A stretch of DNA of 64,000 bases, taken from Lepidodermella squamata (taxonomy: Eukaryota > Animalia > Gastrotricha). Below, piece by piece: positions 12,901 through 27,900 of this stretch. The notes beneath the pieces are model-generated. The model saw only the letters and a list, made by a program, of their open reading frames with translations, did not search any database and was not told where the DNA came from. The position numbers and the translations under genes were made by a program. Numbering within the stretch: the stretch's first letter is position 1; each line of letters begins with the position of its first letter. The stretch spans positions 496,001-560,000 of the forward strand of contig JBLDXI010000074.1 of the NCBI GenBank assembly GCA_047495785.1, in the 5' to 3' direction.

Positions 12901-15900
12901 GCGGCGACCGGAGCCGTCAAATTTACCGAACTGCCGGTTCGATTGCGCAGATCAACGATGATTTCACTGCCATTGACAGCTACAATGAGCGTGTACAACG
13001 AGCTCGAATTGTCCGCATTGTTCGACAGCAGACCACCCTGAGTGCAATTCGTCGAATTGTCACCAGACATACAGCTAAAAATTATACAATTTTTAATTTT
13101 TAATTATAATTTTTATAAATAATATATCCCCTCTCAATGACTGACGAATTGATTGAAGACTTTTCCGCAGAGGAAAACGTAGATTTTTGGCGCCCTTTCG
13201 GCACCCGAACGCGATCTGCGGTAACGTCGCGAGCGTCGGGTTCCTAGTAGAACCCGTTGCATACGTTGATCGCATTTGGTTTCGAAATGTTGCCACAAAT
13301 CGACGTTCCAAAGCAAAGTTTTCGGTCGATTCTGTTTAATTCTCCTGCTTAAATAAGATGATACATGCGAAAATATAACGAAGATTATGTTAATTTCGCA
13401 AATTACTCTTCGAGGGATGAGAATGCACGAATATACGAAAGCAGGCTTTTAATAAACCCAAAAATGTTTAACTTTCAGTCTAAAAGCTTTCACGCTCCTC
13501 CGCCGGTCGAGGTAAACTCCTCGACGTCAAGTCAGTGAAAGAACAGTTCGCAGGTCGATCTCCATGGTTGGTTGGGACCACAGACCCAGCTTTGGTTTCA
13601 GGATCACCCGACGTCACTCGCTTCGGCGTCGGGCCCGCCTACTCGCCGGACCTTAGCCCAATCCAATGCAAGCCCTGTTCCCTGCTCCGCGGACTGTGCC
13701 TGAGCTGCATGAAGCTGTAACGAAGATTTGGTCCGAAATCGACATCAGCACGGTCGATAAGCTCTACGATTCAATGCCGCGCCGCATGGCTGCTGTGATC
13801 GCCGCAAAGGGTGGGCCCATCGACTACTGAGTCAACCACCTCTCATTTGACTATCACATCATTAGGAAACATTATCTTGATGTTTGTGTTGATTGTAAAT
13901 AAATATTAACCTTTTTTTGTTCTTTAAAACTAGCTTTTATGCATAAAAACTGGTATGCGCAAAACATTTTGTCCAGTAGTGTACCTTGAACTCTATAAAT
14001 TGAAAAGTCCAACTGTCAGTGGTATTTATATCTGTGCCCGCAGAACCATCACGCGAGGCGTTGTTGATGTTTTTTCAAAACTAGGCAAACTTAAATCTTT
14101 ACTTCGTGGTATTGCTGTGTCGGTAATTAGGGACAACAAAGTGATTGTCCAACGGCACCAATACAGCTAGATGTTGCGTTTTTTCCTAATTCTGTAAACA
14201 AAAACTAGATACTCTTTCTGTGTCTTCGGGCAACAGGGGCCTATGCGCTACCTGCAGACCATTGTTTTCATAAAATAAAATGATCATTGTTGTCAATGAA
14301 GCAAATGGACTTACTTGAAATAGAGACACCACGAACCCTGCCGGCGGAAGTCGACATTCTTGAGGCCAGGAATCGTCACCTCACCACCGTAGAACAGCAT
14401 CGAATTGTTACTACCAGCCGCGCCCGTATTGTTGTTATACAGCGTCACATTTTTACACGGATAGGTCGTAAACTGCTGAACAGAGTGATCAGCAGAGTCG
14501 TCCTCAAACGGCAGGTACAACAGCGCTTGTTGCCCTGACGCAAACGTCGCATTGTTACCCTCGCCATACTCACAACGGCACGCCGAGACGTTGAAAACCG
14601 TCGATTTCGGGCACGCCAAAGCGAAGACAGGTCCGTCGGTCTTGTAAATCAAAAACCGGTACGGGTAGCCAGGGTAAGCACCCAGGACATTTCCGTGAGA
14701 ATCGACGCAGACTGAATCGTTAACCTGGCGGGGTGGGGTGTAAGTCGTCGGGGCTACACTCGGCTGGATACAGGTCGCATCGCAATCGATATTCCAACTG
14801 CACTGGCAGGTAGACTCATCGAACCCGGTACCCTGCGGGCAGCACTGCTGGTAACTCGCCCCGTTCGAACAGGTGAAGAATTCCGCGCAGTTATTAGCCG
14901 AGGCGTAGCATGTTAGTTCGCTAGTTGAATTGCTGCAAACATCCGTGCATGGCACGTCACCCTCAGGCACGCATGACGAAATCTCCGGTGAGAAATACGT
15001 ACCAAATGGGCAGCGATGGCCGATTCCGACTGCTGAACGGTCGCCGAGGTAGAAGCATTGGTAGAACGAATGACAGTCGTTAGGATTCACGTAATGGCCG
15101 GAATTGTGGCAAGAACCCTTGCATTTGTAGCAGAATTCAGTCGCGTTCGCGTCGATCGGAATCGGGGGTAGGGTGGTCGAGCTCGAGTTATCTGCCACGG
15201 TGGTAGCATCCGTTGAAATGGCACTGCCCGAGCCGTCTGGCAGGGTCGAGCTAGGCTGTTCAGGTGGAGTAGTATCCGGTAAAACGGTGTTGGTCGAGCC
15301 GTCAGGCAGGGTCGAACTAGGCTGTTCGGGCGCGGTAGCATCCGGTAAAACGGTGTTGGTCGAGCCTTCTTGCGTGGCTTCTGGACCAGCCGTAGTCGTC
15401 TCAGACCAACTGAAGGCACTTCCGGTAATTTCCTGAGCATCAGTAGTCGGCCGCCTACCACCGACATTAGCAAAACGCCTGCTGCTGGTCGTCGCACTAT
15501 CACTGGCCGCCGTATTATCCGAGGGGCCAGTCGTCACACTATCAGTTGTCCCGGCATTACCCGAAGGTTCGGAACTGCTAGGTGGCACATCGGTTGTCGT
15601 GCCGTACGGGCAAGTTTGGCTGGCCATTTGGTTGAAAACGTCTTGCGATAGGCCATTTTCAGGCACTTGAATGAACAGCTCGGGCGTAGAGGCGAGCGAT
15701 TTCAGATCATCAGCGTTGTAGTTGCTGCCGAAAGCGAAAACTACGACGTCCATGCCTTTCGATTGCAGGATTGCCGACTCGTCTATGGCGTCCGAGAGTG
15801 AGGTCGGGTTTGAACCGGTCAGCAGTATGACGGTTTTCCTGGCATCGGGGCGAACTCCCTTCGATGGTTCGATGACCTAAGAATAAATCATAACGATTAG

Positions 15901-18900
15901 GCTGCTCACAAACAGTTTAGCCCAGAAGAAAGCGAAAAATAGGAAATTTTCGCCATTTCATAACATAAATTATCATTCCATTCTATTACTTTTCTTCACG
16001 CTATGATCTAAGCCAGTCTTACACTATACCTACAACTCACAACCAGTCGATTCGTCTTTCCGCCAATCATCAGTCGCTCAAAGCTTAGCGAAGGAGTCGC
16101 CAGAGGGATGTCGAGTTCGCCGCCGAAAGTTGGAGCGAAATATTGCTGAGTGATCATCATCTTTCTTCAATGCCTTCAACATAACTACGCTTCACCTTCG
16201 GAACTACTAATAAGGAAAACAACGCTAGGTCTGTATCCAGTTAAGCCAGTAACATCTTTCTGAGCCATCGTGATGAACTATTTTATATCACAGACATTTC
16301 CATTAAACAAAAGAAGAAGTGGAAGCATCGAGACAAAGATACTCCTGCTCCGCATATCCACTGCTTGTATCTGGAGTGGACTGAAAGACGTATATTGGCA
16401 GTTTTTCGTTCATCTACTAAGAGAATTTCTGCCTCATTTCACTATGCGGCTAAGTATTATCCGATTCTGTTGTCAATGATGTGAAGGTATTTCACACGCC
16501 TGCGGCTACTATTCATCAGGTTCGCTCATATTATTTGATCACTCATTTTACACACAATTTCCTAATATATACATATTCAATTATAGGCTATTGTCGATAG
16601 AACACCCACCGGGCCCTGCCTTGGCTCTCCGACTAGCAAAGGCACCACAGCGCTACCGTATCTCCTCAACCTCACTTTTCACCGCCGCCGGCCTTTGTGC
16701 CTACTCCGCCATAGTTCCATCGCAGCAATATCGCCGTGTGTGGCACTCAAAATCCTATTGATGACTCGACCCGACTTGGACGCGATTTTACCCGGCTCAA
16801 CAACAAGAGCTCAACACTTCTGTTCTCGATGATACTGTACGTGAATCGTACTACCTGATTGATCGATCCTACAAGTTACCCAGAGTCGCGTATAACGCTA
16901 GTGATAATTATCATATCGATCGACATTGAGACGTTCTGCTTACCGCTCGTCTCGGTTCCTCTCAATTTACACTCAGCGAAGTGAGTCTGCTGATGGCTGG
17001 AATAAGTAGGATCAACGGGTTAATGCCTCACTGTTTTTGGCGCCACTGCTGCGATTGCTCTTACGTTCATTCAGTAATCGGGTTGACACTATGTTGCCAT
17101 CATCGACTTTAACCTACCTCTCAACCAATACTTCAAAGAGGTCAATATTCACCGTCTCATGTCTGAAAAACACCGAGAGGTTTTCATGGATGAGTGCTGT
17201 TTCCCGGTACTGGAACATTTTGCTGCATTTCCAGACTGCTGCGCGGAACGCCAGCGAGCGAATGATAACTGCTGGGCTCGATGGGTGAATCATGCATCCT
17301 GGCTCGATGGCTTCTGCAAGCAACATATAATCAACCTCCTTAATGCTAGCTATTAGTCTCAGGTACTATCTCGACACGCGTTTTCGTTTCATTTGATTAT
17401 TTATCCGTGTTATTGTTCGCCTCACGCGTAAAATAAAAATCGCATATGGCATCCGGCGCGTCTTCCTCACCTTTTTTACTACAGCCGCAGTAGTTCGAGA
17501 TTTATATTTACGATAAATGTACGCGAAAATCATGAATAACAGCTGTAAAACGTTCCAGATTCATACTAACGTTATTTCCACGACAATATTGACCACAAAT
17601 TTGAAAGATGAGATCTTTAATTATTTATGTGACTTTTCGAGTTCACGATTGTTCTCATTATTTTTTGTAACTTGTCTCAATTTCTGAAAATTATATCATA
17701 GCCAATATATTATTCATGACATCACTTTTTTTACCAACTCATTTGTTGACTTTCATATACAAAAAATAATTTCAATTTTTTCACTCATTTGATCAACCAG
17801 TTTCTACACCATTTTTTACATCTTTTACGGAATTTTTTACCGTCTGGGGACCCTCCTCCTCACAAATAAGCTAAATTTATTTTAGGTTCAAATTTCAAAA
17901 TCTAAAATTTCGTATGACAGTATGAAAATTGCAATCAATCAGTCAACATTCGTCCAAACTACTAAGCCGTTATAAAAAATACCTGAAGGTGAACAGCTGA
18001 AAAGGCACTGCCAACATTCGACTCGCGGCCAAGATCGACATGATGAGGCGCATAGCTGTGCAAATACTGCCACGCACTCAGCCGCGGCGCTTCGTTGAAA
18101 TACTTGGCAACAGCGACATAGGTCGCATACTCGATCAATGCGACCTGCAGGCTCTCGCAAGACGGAACAGCTGCCATGGCGCTGTCGATAAAACGCTTGC
18201 CCTCCATGGCCCAAACAACCGGCGAAAAATACGCCGCATCAACCACGAAAATCGCATCAGAAACACAGCAAGCATCGGCCGGGATTGTACCCGGGCTTGG
18301 CATAGGCGTTGTATTCGAGATTGTATCATTCAAAGCCAGCAACGACCAGATCAACTGATTCTCAACGGCGTCACCCTCGCCAACCGCGAAGAACATATCC
18401 GGGGAAGAAGCGATAATTCGAACGTTATCATACGTGTAATTGCTGCCGTAGGCAACAACTTGGATAACGGTGTTTGGCTGCAATTTGATAGTCTCAGCCT
18501 CTTCGATCGCCGTAGAAGGATTCGACGGGTCGTTGCCAAGGAAAACGATGACAATAGTGCCGACATCGCGTTTGCCGTTCCGTTTCAGTATAACATTCTG
18601 TTCGACAGACTCCAGCGCTCCGCCTAGATCTGACAACGAGCCGAGAGATGCGCCAACGTTGAATTTCGCCATTTCGTCCAGAAGAACCGACGTCGGCGAG
18701 TATTCGTCCAGGTAGAAATCGACAACGTTCGAGGTAGCGTATTCAACGATTGAACCACGCATTTCAACACAGGACGGCATGTCTTCTTTCAGTGTTTTGA
18801 ATAACGGACTGATTTTCTGGTCGAATTTTTCAGGCGTGAAGTAGATTCGGTCAAACACGAAAACTACGTCAATGCTATAGCAGCTAGGTACGGGGGACGT

Positions 18901-21900
18901 AGTGATTGGATTTGGCAAAGTTGTAGGGCGGGGGGTTGACGAACTCTGCAGTTTCGCAATCATCCATTTCGCGATTGTTGCGCTGTCTGCATTTTTCGAG
19001 GTCTGCCAGAAGTAGTCAGGGCCATTGGCGAGGACTTGCAAGTACTCCGGGTTGTATTCGCTGCCGAAAGCGATTAGCGAAATGACGCCGCCGTTCAAAC
19101 GCAGACCTTCCGCCTCTGCCATAGCGCCGCTGGGGATGTCCGGGTTCCAGCAGGTGAATGCGTACACATTTGTTGGGTTGTTCAACGATCGGCTTTGAGC
19201 GTCGCGAAGTACCTAGAATTGTAAAAAAAAATTTGAAAATTAAGATCTCAATCATAATCTTTGAATTTCGGATTTCGTCGGAAGTTAGTTGACAACTTGA
19301 AAATTGACGATTCAGCAATATAATACTACTCCAACTATTGGCTATCCGATCTAACAGCGCTGATAGCGGGTACTGCGACGATTGGTTATGAAAAATTTCT
19401 ACACGGTCTGTCTGACCTCACAGTTGAACCTGCTTCGAGTACCATGATGAAAGCTTCGAGTAACATGGTGCAAGCCAGAAAAAGAAAATTTTGCTCCCTA
19501 ATCAAATCGAGTCGAAAGCGAGAAAGAATCCGATGAACCGTTAATCGCAATTCGGAAAACTTTGGAAATTGCGGTTAATATTAACAATGTGTCTTAAATT
19601 TCTATGCTATTCTAGGAGTAAAATCGCTGCCGATTGTTCATGCAGTCTTAGAAGCCTTCAGGTAGCGGGAATTCCTCAAGCGCTCTTCTCCCGCTGTCTC
19701 AAAAACAACCACCTGACCTAAACTGTTCAATATATTTTCGAATATTCCGCGGTCGATCTTGGCCGAACTTATGAATACGATAGGTTGATTTTTGTTGATG
19801 ATGAACTGTGATATAGAATAGCCGAGATTTGGCCAGAGATCATCAAACAGACAATGGAAGAATATATATTACAGATTAAGTGTTGAATACCTATCAATAA
19901 TCAATATGGTTCATAATATTCTTTCTACGGTAATGACGCAGGAACTGACCTTTTAACGACTGAAAATTTCGAACAACTAATTGAGGAAGAACGAAATAGC
20001 TAATTGCGATAGGTACTTTTTTGCGGCGTGCCTATTATCAATTATGACGGCGTCGTAGCACAGGCTCTTAAGAAGAGGGGTTTGCCGATTAAAATTCGAA
20101 GCACTTCTCTAGTGGATGAATTATCAATCAAATTATCAAACGCCAGAATTAAAGCTGCCACAGCTGATGCCGATTTTCAAGAACCCGATAGCAACTTGGC
20201 TTCGGCTAAATCAAACCGAACCCTCATTGATTGGCCCGATTGCTCGGCCATCCCCATGAACGACTACGTCGGAACGGTGAATGGCGTGTCCACTTTTGAG
20301 TGGTTCCTTTCTGACCCTGTACATCCAAATAATTGATTCTCAGAGGCTCAACTTGCTGCAACCAAGAGTAATCTTGGAGAATGTCGCCGTGAAAGGGACA
20401 TTTTAAAGTCTTTCGTTCCTCACGGCATGGCCCTCAACGTCAAGGATCAAAAGTCGTTAGCTCTGTTGAATCGCCAAAAACGATTCGATCGCCACTAAGG
20501 GCAACTAATCAAGCCATTATCCAGTCTGTCCAGTCTGTACAAGTAAATTTATTCAGTTTTCTCAGAATGCATTTACACCATACTCTTTGTCAAGGTGAAC
20601 TTAAGCGATGGCGTTGCAGCTAAGAAAATTTGGGTTGGTGACGACGAGGCTAAGAATATAGCCATTAGAGGTAAGACTGAAACTAGTCTCGTCCTAGATT
20701 ACTCCACAAAGTATTGTTCTATCAGGACGGTAATGAAGATTCTGAAAAGCTCGACTTATCACATCACCCAGCGCGATAATTCTCCAACTAGTATGATTGA
20801 AAATCTGGAAATCTTTCAGCATCGGAAAAATTTCACAACTTCAGGTCGAGTGTCGGTTTCATGGGAATATTTTTCATTCGAATCCTGGCAGCAGCGAAGG
20901 CCAGAAGCCAAGTACCAGCAGTACTTTAACCCCCGTCATCAAAATTGGCTGTCGTAAACTTGGTGCCGTAGTAGAAGCGTCGAAACAATATGCGGCTGAA
21001 AGAGCGGCTCCACGCAAAAAACGGCAACGTAAAAATTAGCTGGTTTCGCCTCGATCTTGTATTTTCGCCTCATTTCATATTATCCAAATATTCGCGTAGA
21101 AAATTGACATTTCACATGTAATAATGTACAATAATTTCCCTGATTTCTCAACTACTCACGTTGCTTCAACATTACCGACTCAAATATTGTTTGCAAAATA
21201 ATCTTCCAAAAGTTTCTCATTAAATTATATTCAATGAAATTCTCTAATCCATCGCCTTCATTTATCCACCAACATCGTTATTCCGTTTAGTGCCAGCATG
21301 GCGTCCAATGTAAATAATTTTCCTTTTTGAACCATGTGAATTTTCCATGTGGTAGTGTCTTTTCTATAATATTATTGTATATGTTATTATTACAAGCCTT
21401 TTTGAAACGGAGAAAATTTAAATTGTAACAAAATGACAAAAAATTGCCAGAAATTCTTTCAAAAAAATCGAGAATATCCTGTATACTACTATCAATTTAA
21501 TCGCTACCGTTTTCTCATTCTTCTTTTCATTTCGTGTTTTTCATCACCAATGTTGTGCATGAAACTTGCGCTCTTCGAAGGCTTCGAATTATGATGCGAA
21601 AATGTAGATATCTCTCAAGCGTTTTCACTACATTTTTATTAAAAGCCAGCAAACACGCTGGAAAATAAAACAAAATGAGCATTTCAAATACCACGATTGA
21701 CGTGAAATAAAACACGCTTCATAAAATCAAAGGTCTCTTCGTTACTATCATGTATCGCCTATCATTATATCCAATTTAGCAATTTAGCAATTAATTACCT
21801 AATTTAGCGCTTTTGTGGCTATAAAAGCCCAAGAGAACACGAATAAAATTGCAGAGTCTAATAGCTGTAAGACGAACGAAGGTAATGGCTATCAACCCTT

Positions 21901-24900
21901 TAGCACTGTTTATCAAAACGTAGAAAATCATGAGCTTACGTTATAATTGGCGATTTTGAAAGCTCGGCCAATGCCGTGGCTAGTACCAAGAGCCGGGCCA
22001 ACCGTGTAATTCTGCAGCGTATTCTTCGCATCCTGGGTCGTCGGGAACTGATAGTAAGTATACGTAAGATCCGCCCATGAGCCATACTCAATATAAGCCG
22101 TGCTGATCTTGACGCAAGGATCCAACTGATTCGCAAAATCAGTCATAATCGGCTGAACAGCTACATCGAAATCGGTCTGGCCAAAGCAAGTTCGATCGAA
22201 AATGAAGACCAAATCATTCCACTGGCAGATAACCGGAACTGTTGAACCTCCATCTGTCGATGAGGTCTGAGCCTCAGTTGTGAAATCAGGCAGCTGCGAG
22301 GTCGTAGACGAGCTACCTTCGGTACTAGTTCCAGAAGTTGCCACAGTGGTCGAAGTCGTTGTCGGGGGTGGGATGGTAGCCGCCTCTGGTAACATCGTGT
22401 TAACGAGACTCTGAGCCAATGAATCGACATTGCTTGAAGCCGTGAATTCGTAGAAGTAATCCGGGTCACTAGCGAGGACTCGCAGCATTTCAGGGTCATA
22501 CTGACTGCCGAATCCAACGACAGAAATCACACCGCCGTTCAGCTTCAGCTGCTCGGCTTGTTCAATCGCCTTGCTTTCAACGCCAGGGCTGACACCGACG
22601 AACGTGTAGACATAGGTCGGATTGTTCAACGCACGGTTTTGAATATCGCGAAGAATCTAAAATTATAGAAATTCAAAGATTAAAATGTGCATTTCCAGGG
22701 TCAAACTAATGAGGCTACGATGATGCAGGAGAGCTTCTACTCGCAATCGGGTGCTTTACCTGAGAACTGGACAAGATACCCCTGCTCCTCACATTCCCTG
22801 TCTATATTTGGAATGGCCGGAAAGAATAAAGTATGCCATTTTTTCCGTACAGCTTCTAAGGGAATTTCCGACTCATTTCAAGATAACACTTATACCATGC
22901 TACGGTACATTACTCGGCAATGCCTCAAAATAAATACTAAATACAACTTTATGACAACTTGTGACGGAACAGGTTTCAGACGGGAAAGTGACTTGATCCC
23001 ATTTGACGACGATATTGACATCATGGTATCACGGCGATATATCAAAACGGTGAAATTATGAAAAAAACGCACATATGCGGCGCATTAATTTCTCAACAGC
23101 CAACAGCGGTCAATTGTGTCACTAGATAATAATGGGCGAACACGGCGGCCATTATTCCCTGTTTCGGTTCAACACTGCTACGACGTTTTTATCCATAATG
23201 AAAACGATTTTCACTTCTCACATGCAACCTCGTTTACATGATGCTAATGATTCATTTTGTATTTTACAGATAAATTATGTTCAGCGCATCGAGACTCGGC
23301 CTTGGCCCTTGGTCTCCAAACCCAACCAGAATCGAGCGATTACAGCGGCGATGAGAACCACATCCTAAAATCCGAATGTTTCTACAATGTCTATCCTCTG
23401 ATGATGCCTATTCTCACGAAATTAGTGTAGTTGCAGTCGCTATTTATTTAGATAGCTCATATCGAACTTTTCGCGTAACAAGCCGTTCATTCTCAAGTTT
23501 TGACAATGACAGCGATCGTTTTTGCCAAAATCAGTTCAGCGTTTTGAGTGGAAATTGAGTGTACAATCCGGTAGACCTTGCCGATTTTGTGATGTATCTG
23601 AATAATTTGGTGAGCTCACTTTGCATAACCTTCAGCCACGTAGTCAACAATTTAGATTGTAAAAACGTCTCAAAAGCTTTTTCCGGCTGTTTTTGGCTAA
23701 ACAAAACTGCTAATATATCTGCTGATGCTAATGGTGATCTGATTTTGACTGGTTTCTACACATTGCTCTACATGCAACAGCACAAGAAACATCGCACAAG
23801 ATATTATATCGCGAAATTGCCAGCCGTCTTCCCCAAAGTCACTTTTAAAAACGGCCGACATAGCGCTAATAAAGACATCTACTTCGAAGTCAGTGAACCC
23901 TAAAGCATGAAATCCGTCCGTCTCTTGTAGGAATTCCCTAAAACAACGTTTTCGGGCCAAATGCTAAATTTTGATTTTCTAACGAACCGATCTCTGAAGT
24001 CATCAAACAACGCATAGCAGATGCTCTCCGATCAGACATAGATCAGAAAAGTGACTGCAAAAACATAACAGCTGACCGGCTTAAATAAGCCTTGAAATCC
24101 AAGTTCAAGCTCGTCTGAGAGGACAGGTGAAGTATAGATTTTTCTACAACCGTCGCTTGAAACGCACTTGAAACTTGACAACCAGCTTTTCTTAAGTGAT
24201 AAATACAAGCTCCTCAAATTCCCTTAGACGCCGTGAACAGCTGCTGATGGAAACACGATTATTGAAGTCGTGACAATATTATTTAGCCCGGTGTAATCAC
24301 CCGAATCGTCAAATGACAAAATTGTTTTAAAAAAATTCGAAAAATAATGAAAATAATCATTATTTTTCTCGGCAAAATACGGTAAACCACCTTGCTACAA
24401 AACGGACCCTTGGCCCAACCTCAACCGCACTTAAAATAAGTAAAAAACAAATTCCTATCGCAGAAAAAATTCGAAAAAATTGAATAGCTCCTGTGAGAGT
24501 TCTTGATGTCATCTATTTTCACTTCAAAAGCGCGTTTTTAAGCTAAAATTTACAACTTTACATAGGAAGCATTTTAGAGTTTAGTATGATCAGTACACAA
24601 ATTACTTACGCCATAGTTGACATAGTTGAAAGCCTGGTCCAGAGCCGAGCCATTGCCCAACTGCTCGCCAACCGTGTAATTGCGAATGAAGGCCAACGCG
24701 GCACTCGTCGTCGGAAAATCGTAGTAAGTGTACGTAATATCAGCCGAAGACGCGTACTCAACATACGCCGTGCTGATGCGAACGCATGGCGCCAACAGGT
24801 TGGCAACACTCGTCAGAATCGGCTGAACTTGCGCCGAAAACGCAGCCTGGTCAAAGGTGTAGCGGTCGAAAATGAACACCGCATCGGGCATAGCGCACGC

Positions 24901-27900
24901 CGGGGTGCCAGTTGTAACATCTGGCAGGGTGACCACAGTGGTCGTAGGTTCCGTAGTCGTGGTCGTGGTCGTAGGTTCCGTTGTAGAGACGGTAGTGGTT
25001 GGCTCAGTCGAAGTCGACGTTAAAGGTTCAGTTGTTAGCTCAACCGTTGTAGATTCAGTCGTGGTTCCTGGGGTCGAAGTCGTTGAAGTTGAGGTAGTGG
25101 TCGATGAAATCGTCATAGCAACCGGCAGCATGATATCAGCCATCCATTCTGCAATATCCTGCGAGGTTAGCCCGCCCGCATCCGCCGCAATGAAAAGGTC
25201 CGGTTCGTTGGCGAGAACTCGCAGATAATTGCGGTCGTAGTCCGACCCGAAGCCGATAACAGAAATGATGCCGCCGTTCATTCGCAACTGTTCCGCGGCG
25301 TTTATGGCGATATTCGCGAAGTCAGGGTTGTGGCATGAGAATAGGTAGACGTAGGTCGGGTTGTTCAAATCGCGGCTCTGCAAACTGCGCAGCAGCTAAA
25401 ATCAAATTAAAAAATTTTTTAGAATATTTTAATGATAACGTAAAAGTCTCGAATAGAACCGGACAAACTTCGGAATTCGCTTCTACTGTACTTTACCGAC
25501 TTGAATTTGGGTAACAAACTTTCCGAGGGAAGAAATGAGAAAAAACGTAACTAATACGCGCGACCACGACCTCTCTCTGATAAGCAAATCAAGCGTAGAA
25601 TGGCTGCTAATTCGGAATAGTTACCACTGCTATACTCAAGCATTTACACAGGATGTTTGCCTAGAGCAACGGAAGATCACTTTCTCAGTTATTTTTATTT
25701 TTGTAAGTCACGATAAGCTGAGTTATGCCCTGAGAAATGCCAATGGATTGACCCTGACCTTGAATGCGTTTTCGAACAGTGAGTGAGTTCCCGAGATGCC
25801 TCGTGGGACAACTCAGACTGGGACGTCAACCAAGAACTCATCTGAGATTGCCGAATCAATGCAGACGATGGCTTCGAGGACAACGAAATCACACGCATGA
25901 AAGCGCCCCTTCGCACCTTTCTTATATCACAAATTAATAAATTCAACCCCATCCTAGACACGATTGACAGCTTGGGTGCTTTTCGCCTTTCGCCCTGGGT
26001 GCTCGATTTGTCGGGGCAGAACCAGCTAAACTGTTTGGGGGTGGTGATCGAAGCTGCTTTCTTATCGATACATTTTATTTTTAATTCGAGTTACTTTTTA
26101 TCGCTCAGATTCAGTTCATCAGAATCTTTACAAATTCATACAACCTTTCAAACTGTCCGCGATCTGTACACGACTCTCATCACTTATATGGCGCAGCGCA
26201 TCACGGCAGCTCTCGAACCATCAGCTGCTTGACTTGGTCGAGGCAATTCACGCCGGGCTAACCACACAAGAAAAGACGCAACGACAAATCGCGGAGTTGC
26301 GAAACGCTGCTGAGAATTTGCAAATAGAAGCTGCTGCGAATCTGCCTGATTTTTTGGCTAATCCCGGAGATGCGAGCGAAGTGGCCACGCTAATTTGCAT
26401 CGCCTTTCAAATGGCTCCGCTGCAAGCAGGGATAAAATGAACATTCAGTTTGTCTGAATCATCGCAAATTGATGTAACCTTTTGAGCTGCCCCCGACTTG
26501 TATTCGTCCCTTACTACGTATATGTCGCAGCGCATAACGGGAGCTCTCTCGAACTTGATCGAGGCGATTCACGCCGGGCTGGCCGCTCAAGAAAAAACGC
26601 AGCGACTAATTTCGGAATTGGGAAACGCTGCAGCCGACCTAAAATCTTCTCTCGAAAATTTACAAAGCCAAGTTGCTCATACGAACTCTGCCATCGAGAA
26701 ATTGCAAGGCCAAGTGGCGAACATGAACTCTGCCCTCGAACGCTCACTGAAGCAGGGATAAAATGAACATTCAGTTTGTCTGAATCATCGCAAATTGATG
26801 TAACCTTTTGAGCTGCCCCCGACTTGTATTCGTCCCTTACTACGTATATGTCGCAGCGCATAACGGGAGCTCTCTCGAACTTGATCGAGGCGATTCACGC
26901 CGGGCTGGCCGCTCAAGAAAAAACGCAGCGACTAATTTCGGAATTGGGAAACGCTGCAGCCGACCTAAAATCTTCTCTCGAAAATTTACAAAGCCAAGTT
27001 GCTCATACGAACTCTGCCATCGAGAAATTGCAAGGCCAAGTGGCGAACATGAACTCTGCCCTCGAACGCTCACTGACCCAAGGCGCCGAGATGCGAACTG
27101 CCATAGCGGAGCTGAAGGCGGAGCGTTTGAAGCAACCTCGGCGGGAACCGTGGGCAAGGCGGAGGCTCTTCACGATTAAACGACTTCGGATAGCCTCTTG
27201 GCTGAAAAATAACTTGCTGGAACCGGGAACTAACTCTTGAGATTTTACATCATCACTGTTTTTTCTGTAAACTCATCGTTGCTCGAAACTCGGCAATTTT
27301 TGCGATTCTTTTATAATACCCTGCTGTTTTACCATCGCTTTTATTATTGAAACCTATGATGAGGTATGCAAATAAAAACAGGGGGTGAGGTAACTGGTCT
27401 CGCGAAACCGGGCCGTAAATTGTTTGCATGGGACGCCATTCGATGCCACCTTACCGACAGTGTCAAAAGCATGTTAGAAAAGGCTAAAATTGACACGGTT
27501 CTAGCTGATAGTTCTAGCTGGGTGCGCAAGCGGCAGACTTGGCCTGGAACAAGCCGTTCAAGGACGAGTTCCGAGATCAATACGATGAATACATGGCGCG
27601 AGAGGTGTACGAATACACCAAATCGGGCAATATGAACCCTCCCCCTCTGCATCTTGTTTGCCAGTGGTTGCTTAAAGCCCAGGAAGCTGATATGACTAAA
27701 ATTTGAGAGAATGGTGAGTTGGGAATAAATAGGAAAATAAAGACCGCACCCGATGTGAGGTGTGAAATCACCGCGTTTTTTGCTTTCTTCCAAGGAAAGA
27801 GGACAACAATAAAGATTTTTATGTTTTTGTTTTTGTTCAAAAAAATTAAGAATTTTTTTGAATATTTCAAAACTTCTCAAAACTTTTCAAAAATTCAAAC

